Of a DNA stretch of 64,000 bases, positions 12,825-23,347 are shown piece by piece. How positions within the stretch are numbered: position 1 is the stretch's first letter; every line of letters begins with the position of its first letter. The notes under the pieces are model-generated. The model did no database searches. It worked only from the letters and a program-made list of their open reading frames with translations, and was not told where the DNA came from. The DNA comes from Caecitellus pseudoparvulus. Lineage: Eukaryota; Protista; Bigyra: Bicosoecida. A program made the position numbers and the translations under genes. The stretch covers positions 830,768-894,767 of the forward strand of contig CBFFRQ010000089.1 of the NCBI GenBank assembly GCA_965644315.1. Reading direction: 5' to 3'.

Positions 12825-13246
12825 TGCACCTGCTCTTTGATTGGCACTTTGAATGGGCGCACCCTGGCACCAGCGCAGCGGGTGTTCACTGACACGTGGG
12901 TTTTGAGCTCTCCATTCAAGGGGATTGGCAAAAATTGCACAGGGGACTAATTCCCCTTTCTGCCAGGACCCCTTCAAGATCTTGTCTTGCAAGTAGCTGC
13001 CCCCCCCCCCTTCTGCATTGCTCAGAACGACTTCACTTCCGCTGGCGTGCCGCAGCGGAAATCGAAGGTTCGAATACTGCAGTCCTTGTGAAGGATACCA
13101 CCACAGGAAAACAGCCTGGGGTAGCGTGAATCCACGATTGAATGTCCAGGGCATGGTGCTGTTCGCGCCTCGTTGCAACCAGTGAGAGACGCTGGCGTGT
13201 GCCACCCCGTTGGCACCACCACTGAAACGCAGTCGCTTTGCTTTCG

Positions 13247-15838
13247 ATGTGCCACAGAGGCCTCCTGTGCGAAGGGAGGAGACAATGGTCGAACGTGGTC
13301 AGGCAAAACGCCTTGAGCCTGTTGCTAGCCGGATGGGGCATGATCTCAGCGGGTGGGAGCGTGGCTCTGCTGTTGCATGCTGGGAGCAGAGTCACTGGCG
13401 TTTTCCTTTGTTGCGGCTGCGTGTGCTGTGCTGCTGCTCTGCTTCCGGTGTGGGAAGCGGGAAAGGGAAAGGCACGCAAGGGTTTGAATGGTAGATGCGC
13501 AAAGGCTCGGCATGCGTGCGCTGGAATGTCTGCGCTTTCGCTCCTCGGCGCCGTTGTGGCCTGCATGATGGAGCCAGGCTTGCCAGCCCTTGTACCAAGC
13601 GTGCCCATTCTCCTGTCTCTTCATGTCATGAATTCCCTCTTGCTGCTTTGGCTCAGACTGCACCCAGTCATGTGCAGTGTGAACGCCACGCGTGCTGGGC
13701 TTGCCACACTGCTATGTGTCGGCTGCTTGGCATTGTTGGCAGCAACTCGAGGGGCAGTCGCTGCTGGCGTATTCGCAGCTACATGCTGCTCTGCTGTAGC
13801 GCTCATTCCAACACTCCGCCTCCTACTTGAGAAGATGGTGGACGCAGCGACTTCCATGCCCTTGGTGCATTCCGTCCAGGGCGGAACGGAGGCACCTCCC
13901 ACGCCACAGGCCTCCAGCCAGCCTTTCTTTCGGTGGTCCAAGCAGGTACACCCCGCCAAGCTTGCTCTCGGTCCACCTCGCCCTTTGTTGCGCTCAAAAA
14001 GCGCTTCAGTCAAGCCAACTGTCAACAGGAGGGAGGGCGCGCTAGCTATCGGAAGCTCGGGAAAAGGCTCCAGCGATGGCTCGTCATTGGACGCCGACAC
14101 GAGGCGGTGGCTGAGCTCAGAGTTGACCAATGAGTCACTGAGTACGAGGCAGGCGAGCTTCCAACCCCTGAAGAAACGCATCAGCACAATGGACATGGGG
14201 AGCTTCGTCGCCGCTACGGGGGTCCTGGCGACTGCCGATACACTGTGGCTTCCACCGACCAAGGCAGGGCACGTCTCACCCTCACCTCTCGCAGATGAAT
14301 CTGCGGATAAACAAATCGCAGCGTACCAAGTTGGAGTGGAGTCTGTGACGACATCTCCCGTGAGCTCAGCTCGGAGCAGTGCCTGCAGTCAGCTCTCCCG
14401 GAAAGGGCCACACGAAGGCTGGGCCAGACACAGCAGTGCTGCAAGTCTGCATTCCAGCCACAGCTTCCACCTTGGTGCATCTCATGCAGTGACGGGCCGG
14501 CCCCGACAAGGTCTCTTCAAGATCAAGTCCCAGCCGGGAGGCTTGAGCGCCAAGTACCCACGCGCATTGCGAGGGGAGGAAGACCTTCTGGACTTCCTGC
14601 TACCATCCAGCAGCCCAAGCTGGCTGCCCAGGCAAGGTCAAGTTGAAAAGGAAGACTTCGCCAGGACTCTAGGCTGCGTAGCGGACTGGAACTTCAATGT
14701 GTTCCGTTTCGCCTCGCACTGCAATGCCCAGCCACTGCTGGGGGTCATGCGGTACAGCATGGCAGCCTTGAATGTGCTGGAATTGCTGCACGTTCCATCT
14801 TCCACTTTCTACGCGTGGGTGCAAGAAGTCGAAGCGAACTATTGTCGGGTGCCGGACAAGCCCAACCCGTACCACAATGCTTTCCACGCAGCGGACGTCG
14901 TGCAGGCCACTCTCATGTTCGTGGTGAGCCCCAAGGTGTCCCCAGTCATCACGGAAGTGGAGGCCCTGTCCCTCATCCTAGCAGCGTGCATGCACGACTT
15001 CAGGCACCCAGGCGTGAGCAACGCCTACCTCATCGCCCAACAGCACGAGCTTGCTCTGCGGTACAACGACTTGTCGGTGCTGGAGAACTTTCACGCCGCA
15101 GAAGCATTTGCCTCCATGCGCCGAGAACCTCACAGACTCTTGTCCAAGATGCCGCCAGAGTCGGCTCGAGTGCTGAGGGCGTCCATGGTCAGCTGCATCC
15201 TGGCCACTGACCTTGCTCGCAGCAAGCACTACCTGGACAACCTCGCTCGCGAGCTGCCCTTGCCCAGTGGGGTGGCCCCGACCGCCGACCAGCGCTTGGC
15301 CATCATGCAAGTGGCCCTGAAGTGCGCGGATGTCTGCCATGCTGCTCGCACGCCAGCTGTCCACCGCCGCTGGTCTGCGCTGGTGTCCGAGGAGTTCCAC
15401 AGGCAAGGGGACTTGGAGCGGGCGGCAGGCATGCCCATCTCACCGCTGTGTGACCGCAAGAACTTCGACCTGCCCAATAGCCAGATGGGATTCATTGAAT
15501 TCGTCGTAAGGCCATGTTTCTCCATTTGGACCGCCTTCTGCGGACCTGGGCCGTGGGTTGAGAGCCTGCAAGCCAACGAGAGGTTCTGGGCTGACAGCCA
15601 GGGCGCTGGCAGCCGAGCCATAACCCACAGCCTGCCGCACGTCGCGGATGCACAGCACTCCCCCATCCCCTCTGAAGATGACAGCGATGAGGCTGAGGAT
15701 GTCATCACGGTCCTGCATGCGCGGGAGCTGGATGTCGCGCTTACTTCCGCAGGCAGCTCGGCTGGCCAAGTTCCGGCAGTGTGTGTCAGCTTGGCCGGCT
15801 CGGCTTCCAGTGACGCAAAGAACGACTTGGATGTGTGA
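13247..15838 (+). CDS. Class I 3',5'-cyclic nucleotide phosphodiesterase with N-terminal transmembrane segments (start uncertain)
   Basis: PDE signatures NPYHNAFHAADV, HDFRHPG, YNDLSVLENFH, ILATDL, LKCADV, EEFHRQGDLE and SQMGFIEFVV. Several hydrophobic helices lie in the first ~200 aa. Confidence 0.9.
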   Translation: MCHRGLLCEGRRQWSNVVRQNALSLLLAGWGMISAGGSVALLLHAGSRVTGVFLCCGCVCCAAALLPVWEAGKGKARKGLNGRCAKARHACAGMSALSLLGAVVACMMEPGLPALVPSVPILLSLHVMNSLLLLWLRLHPVMCSVNATRAGLATLLCVGCLALLAATRGAVAAGVFAATCCSAVALIPTLRLLLEKMVDAATSMPLVHSVQGGTEAPPTPQASSQPFFRWSKQVHPAKLALGPPRPLLRSKSASVKPTVNRREGALAIGSSGKGSSDGSSLDADTRRWLSSELTNESLSTRQASFQPLKKRISTMDMGSFVAATGVLATADTLWLPPTKAGHVSPSPLADESADKQIAAYQVGVESVTTSPVSSARSSACSQLSRKGPHEGWARHSSAASLHSSHSFHLGASHAVTGRPRQGLFKIKSQPGGLSAKYPRALRGEEDLLDFLLPSSSPSWLPRQGQVEKEDFARTLGCVADWNFNVFRFASHCNAQPLLGVMRYSMAALNVLELLHVPSSTFYAWVQEVEANYCRVPDKPNPYHNAFHAADVVQATLMFVVSPKVSPVITEVEALSLILAACMHDFRHPGVSNAYLIAQQHELALRYNDLSVLENFHAAEAFASMRREPHRLLSKMPPESARVLRASMVSCILATDLARSKHYLDNLARELPLPSGVAPTADQRLAIMQVALKCADVCHAARTPAVHRRWSALVSEEFHRQGDLERAAGMPISPLCDRKNFDLPNSQMGFIEFVVRPCFSIWTAFCGPGPWVESLQANERFWADSQGAGSRAITHSLPHVADAQHSPIPSEDDSDEAEDVITVLHARELDVALTSAGSSAGQVPAVCVSLAGSASSDAKNDLDV

Positions 15839-15850
15839 GCAATGCAGCTG

Positions 15851-16903
15851 TTACTGTCCTGGCTCTGTTTTCACATGCACGGGTCCACCCTTCGCACCTC
15901 CTCCGCTGCTCGGCGGCAGGGGCGCCGCAGTGCTGCCACGGGAGCGTGCCGCACCGCCCCCCCCAGCACTGCCCAACACAAGAACCTCTCCCCCCTCTTC
16001 ATCAGTCTCATCACCGCTGGAGTCTGAATCCTGCTGCACCCGGATGCTGGCTCTTTGCACCTGGGCTTGCTGCTGCAGCGCCACTGTTCGGAGGTCTGGC
16101 TCGGTGGCATTAGAACGGAATGGCTTGCCGCACTCAGGGCAGGACAGCGCGCCATCAGGCCCTCTAGGCATTTGCAGCATGGCAGATTTGGACATGACGT
16201 GGCCGCAGGGGGTCACGACTGGCTCCACCAGAGTCTCACGAGTCAGGGGGCACAGGAAATCCCGCTCCAACAGGGACTGCGTGCGCTGCCCCACAAGCAC
16301 GTCGTCTTGCCCATCTGGATCCTTGGCAACGGCGGCCTGGGGAGTGAGGAGGGGCAGTTGTGGCGAAAGCGTGCGCATGGCGGGGAGGGTGTGGCGGGGA
16401 ACACACCAACACCTTGGCTTGGTCCACGTTCTGTGCGGTGATGTGCAGGGAGCGCTGCACACCATGCTCCAGGGCGGCAAAGGCAGACTTGCCCCGCAGC
16501 TCCTCAGACACTTTGGTCAGCGCGTCTTCCAGGCGGGCGGACGCCTCCGTCTGTACGCAGTGGCAGTCGAGATAGTGGAGCAGCTGAGCTGCAGCGCGCC
16601 GGGCAGCACTCGCACCTCTGGAATGTCAGTCGGCATGGTGCCGTCCTCTCCCCAAGACTTGACCAACGCTCCCAAGCTGCGCTTGGCCGATGTGGAGGCC
16701 AGCTTCAGGATGGCTTCATGCTCCACTGCGGACTTGAGCTTCTGCATCTCAGTTCCCATGGCCGCGGCCAGCTCCAACATTTCCTCATCAGCGTCTGTAG
16801 CCGGCAGTGTCACCCCCCCTTCAGACCAGCAGTTTGCCGCTGCATCAACGAGCACCTCGGCCACGAACAGGTCACCCTCCGCGTCGAGCTGCTGGGATGT
16901 CAT
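15851..16903 (-). CDS. NSE2: NSE2/MMS21-like SP-RING E3 SUMO ligase of the SMC5/6 complex (exons 16903-16616, 16550-16413, 16336-15851)
   Basis: Two phase-0 introns join a helical N-terminus to DDVLV...FLCPLTRETLVEPVVTPCGHVMSKSAM...CPECG (zf-Nse/SP-RING pattern). Acidic tail with SIM-like EVLVL and a terminal SUMO consensus VKTE. Confidence 0.7.
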
Positions 16904-17067
16904 GTGTGGTGCGGAAATTGGCGCCTTGCAACTGCCCTGGCGTTTTGAATGTCGCTGACGGCCTGTGGGCGCACGAAGGGCAGGCGTGTTGGTTTTGTCT
17001 TGTGTTCACGTGGATTGAAAATTACTGTGTATGCATTGTAGCGTCATCAAGCGCTTGGGCGTCCCGA

Positions 17068-20000
17068 TCACCCCATGGAGCCGTGCCGCACGCGCGAAGC
17101 TCCACCGCCTGGCATGGACACTCGCACTGACCGGCCGGAGGCGCTGCCTCGCCGAGGCTGAGCTGCCCGCCCACCCCCCAGCACAAGACCGCCTCGTCTG
17201 GGGCTACTCACAATCTCTGAGAGCTTTGCCTCCAGCTCCTGCGAGGAGCACGTGCCAGCCAGGCCCTGGCCAGATGCGGCCAGCAACCCTGCGAGCTGGC
17301 TAGCTGACACGCTGCTGCGCCGCCCCCCATCTGCCTCCAGTACGCCCTCCCATGCCCTGGCCAGCAAGCCCACAGCAGGACCACAAGCCTGCAGGCAGGT
17401 CAGGGGCAGGGTCACCCCCAGCTGGGCAGACTGCGCGTCGGCGAGCAGCGGACAGAGGAGGTGCAGGACTTGCGAGGGGTTCCCCGGCGCGTGAGCGAGG
17501 AGGGCACTGGTGCAGGCAAAGGAAGTCCATGTTCCTCGCAGAAGGGTGCGCATGAGCACTGTCAAGGCGGTGCGCAGCGTGTGGGGTGTGGCGTGGCCAC
17601 CCACCGCGGGGGCGGACGGGCTGCTGAGCCAGCTGGACAGCATCCGCGCAACGTGGCGACGCCGGAAGGCTGGGAGGGAGCCAGATGCAGCCCAAGGCTG
17701 TAGGCTGACAGCCGCCCCAGCTGCCGAGGTAAGGAAGAGGTGCTGGGCCATGATGCCGCCACACAGCGCCGTGGAGGCGAGCACTGTTTGGGCTGCGGTT
17801 TCACCCGCTCCTGCTGCTTCGAGGGGCGTGCGCAAGGCGGCGGCGTCCGGGAGAGCCCCCAAAAACGCCGTGCAAGTGGAGATCAGGGCAGTACTCCACT
17901 CATCTGCCGCGGCACCTGCGAAATGCACCGTCAAGGCGCCCGAGGAGAGCAGGCGGCAGGCTGAGCACGTCAGCAAGACCACTAGGGGAACAGCGGTGCC
18001 TGGCAAGACACTGTCCACAGAGGTCATGCAGTCAAGCACACCTTGCACGGCAGGACGGGTGTCAGTGGCTGCTTTCAGGCTAGCAAGGCTAGCTAGGAGC
18101 TGATCGACGGCGGGCTGCTGCAGCAAGCCCACTGTGGCGAAACAAGCTGTGGCGGCAGGTGGTAGCGCATGGCCCTCCAGGTGCAGGCATGACAGGGCGT
18201 GCAGCATGTGACTGGCGGGGAGCAGGCTTGCCTGCGATCCTTGAGCTGTCGGTGCTCGTGAAGCCAAGGCCCTGATGACTTCCCCAGACACCAGCATGCC
18301 TGCCGTGAACCCTGGCATGACGCGCTGCACTGTTGTGAACAGGTCAAACGCCTCCCGTAGCGTCGCAAGGGCAGCTGCCACGCGCCGCCTCGTGCGACTT
18401 GAACGATGCAGGGGGCTCCTACCGCCACGCGACCTGGATGCTTGGCGTGGCGGCGGTGAGGGAGTTCCTGACACAGTCGCAGGTGGTGCTTGGGGCTCGT
18501 GTTCCGCCGCCGCGGCGACCTGTTGAGCACGTGCCAAGTGGCCAAATGCCAGGGCCTCAGAGGCCACAAGGCAGGGCGGGATGACTTGAGTGCACAGGTG
18601 CACGACTTGGGAGTGGGACAAGCCAGCTGTGTCGCTGGTTGCGGGTGTGCTGCGACTCGCAGGCGCCGCCGCGACAACGGCGCTGCTCAAAGCACGCAGC
18701 GCATCATGGGCTGCGCTGGGAGAGGCTTGGCACACTTGCAGCAAGTGGTCACAGTACAGCTGCAAGAGGGGCGGGTGAGACACACCCGCTACGCCCATGT
18801 CTGCCAGGGTGTTGCCCAGCAGCGCAGAGTATGACGAGAGAGCCTGCAGTGCCCCATTCCAGCTGGGTACAAGACCAGACACATCTTTCCAAGCAACGTG
18901 ATATGCACCCATCAGGGTGGCTAGCGGGTGGGGAACCCCACTGCCCTGTGCCGCCCCCACAGCAGCTTGCCAGTGCTGCAGCACCCACTGCGAGCGCCCC
19001 CTGCTGAAAGCTGACAGCAGGCAGCAAACAGCCACCACCCTTGCCAAAATGGGCAGTGCGTGGTGGTCGTGCCCGCCAGACGTCAGCGCACTGCCCAGCA
19101 CCACCTGTGAGTCGAAGGTAGAGGGCTGCCGTCCACCGCCTTCGAGGCGCAGCAAGCCCATGAGCCCAGTGAGCAGTCCTTCCAGGTTCTGCTCCACCTC
19201 TGCAGGAGGCGCTGCATCGGCGCCCCCTGCTGCTGCGCGTGTCACACACCAGGCATGACTGGCAGACACACACCACACGACTCGGCGCAGAGTGCCCGCC
19301 AGGACAGGTGCCATGAGGCCCAGCACGGTCCCACCGTGTTCCCGCTCCAGTGGCGCATCCAAGCCCTCACGGAGCTGCACTAAGAACCGCTGCAGGAGGA
19401 TGCTTGCCGTCGCAGATGTTGCCTGGACCAGGTCGTGGCGGTGTGCAGACGCCTGCTGCGGGCTGTGCGACAAGCCGCGGTGAGCCGCCACAGTGATGCA
19501 GGCTTCCAGCAGCGAAACACACAGCCCACTGGCGGACAGCAAGGCCCGCGAGGCTGGCGTGTTCCATACCGGAACGCAGCAAAGCTGTAAGTTGTACTGG
19601 AAGGCGTCTTTGTTGCTGGACCGCCCCTCCCGGAGAACAAATGCGGTGAAGTCGCCGGAGTTCTGACCCCAGGCACCGCCAGCCGAACTCGCGTCTCCAT
19701 CTCGCTCCCCAGATGCCTCCACTGCGTGGGCCAGCCAGGCCGCAACGATGGGGTGGTCCCGCCCACTGGTGCCTTCATCCAGCTCCCCCTCACTGTCGTC
19801 GCTGTCCAAGCTGCCCCGCCGACTGTACACGTGGCCGCCAGGGGACGCTGGGTCTGCAGCCACACCGTGCGTGAGGCTGGCCACCACAGCACGGCACTGT
19901 GCACGCCACAAGACTGTGAACACATCCAGAGCTGCCGTGGCCACAGAGGGCGCCGTGTCTGGCGCGTGCAAGACGCACCACGGCACCACCGGCTCCAGGG

Positions 20001-22883
20001 CACGCAGCGCGTCTGACATGGCCACCACCAGTGCACTGCCGCCACCTGCTTGGTCCATGCTTTCAGCACACGCGCGAACAACACGGGTCAGCGCTGTGCA
20101 GGTGTGTCGAAGCACTGTGTGCACAGCTGCGCTACCACTAGGCGCACCGGTTGCATCAACGCTGGTCGCTGCGGATGCCCGCACTCCAACGCCACGCCGC
20201 GTACCCTGCTGCACAACACTGGCCGCACTTTGGAACGCACTGCTACTCGGGGAAGGCGCTGGTGCGAGGCTTGTCAGGCTGTCTCCGTGCTCAGCCACCT
20301 CGCTTTCAATGGTGCTCAGGGAATCTGCCGCAGAGCAAGCTTCCACGAGTCGGCCAGCGGCAACCCGCAGGGCGCAGCAGGCTGCAGACATGTACTGCAT
20401 GCCCAGCGTCAGTCGGACATGGCGAGGCAGGGGGCTGTCACTGTTGTCAGCGCGAACGTACCCGACAGCGCCATCCAGGGTCTCCAGCAGCACTGGTCCC
20501 GCTGCTGTCGGGTCGATGACACACCTGAACACGTACGACAGTGCGTCAATGAGGGTGCTGTGCATCCACGCTGGGGCAGTACCAGACGCCAGGGGCTCTT
20601 GTTGAAAGACTTCGGCGACGTGTGGCCACACTGCGTCCGTGGCGCCCCACAGCATGGCTGCCCACTGTGACACAATGGCTGTCAGCAGGGTGTGGGCGTG
20701 CTCGCGCATGGGGTGGCTGGGCGCCTCTTGGTGGCTGGATGCCTGCCCGGAAACATGCCAGAAAGGGCTTTCATCGGGGGCGAGGTCCAGCGCCGACAAG
20801 ACGTCTGGCGTCGCCACCAGCGCCTCCTCCGCCACGCCCGCGTCCACTGCGCCCACTGCAGAAACGAAGCGCCGCACGATGAAGCCAGCGTGTGTGCAAG
20901 CCGCCTGATGGCAGGTGCCGGCAGCGGCTTGCACTGCTGGAACAGTGCACGCGCGCTCCCACATGGCCGTGGCTTCTGGCAGGCCGGCCCAGTCAGCACT
21001 CTGCACGGCGCTGGTTGCCGCATCAACCGGCAAGCCAAGGCGAGTACCCAACAGCGTCAAACCAGATGCATGGATGTGTGACAGGCTGGGCGGCTGAAGC
21101 TGAGCACTCTGCGCAATGCTGTGCAGGGTCACCGCCATGACGTCCAGGGCAGCTGCTGCGACGGCGCTGGCCTGAATGGAGTTGCCCATGACACAGATCG
21201 ACGCGTGGTTCATGAGCACCTCCACAGCCATGAGCTGGCTCTGCCGCTGCACCGCACGAGCCGCTGCGTCCAGTTGTGCGGATTGGTGTCGTTGCAAGCC
21301 CAGGCTGCACAGGACGCCTTCAGCGACTGCAGCCTTGGCGCCGAGGTCCAGGCCTGGAATGCTGGCGGCCACTTCATGCACCGCCCGGCAGGTCCGTGAG
21401 ACCAAGTCAACGACCGCAGCCTGGTGTTCGCAAATCGAGTGCAACAACTGCACAGCGGCACTGTGCTCGGCAGCAGCAGCTGCCAGTGTGTCTTGGTTGA
21501 CGGTTAGGGCTGACAGCGCTACACAGCCAGCAGTGGAGCCAGCACCCAGCGCCCGACTGACGCCGTCCAACATGCACGAAATGCCAATGCGGATGTCGGA
21601 AGCCCCTCTTGAGGGCGGATGCAGGAGCGCCTTGAGGGCTTCCCGCGAGGAATTCTGGGCGGCGGGCACACGCAGGAGAGCGAAGAGCACCACGTCCAGG
21701 ACATTGGTGGACCCTGCAGCGTGCAGCTCAGTGAGAGTGGACCCCACTCGCAGGCTGATGCTGGGCAAGCCGGCACCGGGAGACATGAGGCTCTGGGGGC
21801 CGCCAGGCGTCACGCCGTCGGCCGCGGACACGTCGACGGAGAGAGGGCACGTGATCCACGCACACACGACCTTGATGGCCGTGTTCAGCAGTGTGTGGGC
21901 CATGTCACCCCCTGCAGCATGGCGAATAGTCGCGGTCGCAACAGCTGCAGCGGAGCGCAGGGCCTCCCCCTTGGCGCCAGCCAGCACGCGGACGATGTCT
22001 GTGACGGCCGAGCTGGCGGCAAAGGAAAAGCCACTGGCAGTCGTGGGGGTGCCTGCCGCCGCGAGGGCAGGGTTGGGGGACCCCACACGTCGACTGCTCC
22101 CCGTGCCACCCCCGCTTTCGTGCCCCAAGGACGCCGCGACGGCGTCTGGGTCAAAGGCGCCTGCGCCGCCTTCCCTTCCCCGCCCCTCGCCCACCTGCCT
22201 CGCCTCCTCCACGAGGTACTCGAGGCAAGTCATGGCGGCGCGCGCGACGCGAGGGGAGGCGCTTGGGGATGACGCTTGCTGACACCACGCATTGGCCTGG
22301 TCCATGCAGCTGCGCAGGACGTCGGCGGTCCCCGTCGCGTCCGGGCCAGCGTCGCCACAGCGCAGTGCAAAGCGAGACACCACCAGGCACAGCCGCTCGA
22401 CTGCTGACCACTGCACGACCGTTGCAGAGGACCAACTCCACATCAGTCTAAGTAGTGCCTGTATTGAGTCAAGGCGGCCAAGGGTGGTGTGCTGCGTTTG
22501 TGCGCATTGTGTTGGCAGCAAGGCACTCACTCGCACGGTGGCCAGCTGCACCCTCAATCCCGGCGTGTGGATGCAGCGGCCGAGCAACTGAAAGGGAAGA
22601 AAAATGGGGAAGTACAGGTGCAAATATCAGAGAACATCGATCAAAGGGCATCATGATTGGCACAAAATGCAGCTAAGGCACGCACTTGCAGCACCAGAAA
22701 GGCGCAGTCGTTCCCTTCCGCATCCTGCACAGCGACTGCGTCGAGCCAAGACACACAGGCAGCTAGAAGCTCAACAGGCTGCTTCTGAAGCACATCAATG
22801 CTCGTTTGAGACTGCCTCCATGACGCTGTCCCCACGGTTCGCACATACTGCCTCACGGCGCTGTCCAGATGCTGCACATCCAT
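17068..22883 (-). CDS. Large alpha-helical (ARM/HEAT) protein, possibly importin-beta/karyopherin family (exons 22883-22686, 22587-17068)
   Basis: Exon 1 (MDVQHLDSAVRQYVR...QSQTSIDVLQKQP...CAFLVLQ) splices in phase 0 via GTGCGT...CTTTCAG to the 1851-aa ORF. The N-terminus resembles the importin-13/transportin-SR N-terminal helices, and there is an acidic loop DSDDSEGELDE. The family call is tentative. Confidence 0.55.
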
Positions 22884-23347
22884 GTCGGTGGCGTTTCGCC
22901 CGTAACGCCGGCGCTTGCAGAAAACGCAGTCACTTGAGAAAGAGAGTGGTTGTGGTCACTTGAAGGATATGCGACAGGACAGTCATACGGCAGGATCGGC
23001 CTTGCAGGTCCTGAAAGAGGTGCTCACTGTGCTCCTTGTGTGGCGGGTTTTGAGGAGCGGGAGCCTGCGCAAGAGCTAGACTGCTGCAACGCAACAGTGC
23101 TGCCACAATCTGAGCGCGCGACAGAAGCGACGAGGCCAGGTTAGCAATCCTCGGCATGCACTAATCTGCTCTATGTTATACTTGCCTGTCTGGGTCTCCG
23201 GGAGTTTCAGGCACACGGCATGCGAACAGTGCGCAAGCCTGCGCACTTGCCACAGAAGCGGTATTTGCCTGGTCATCCTGTGGCTTCCAGCTCCGTTCCT
23301 TGCAGACAAGGCGATTCAAGCTTTATCAAGTTTCAACATAGGATTGC

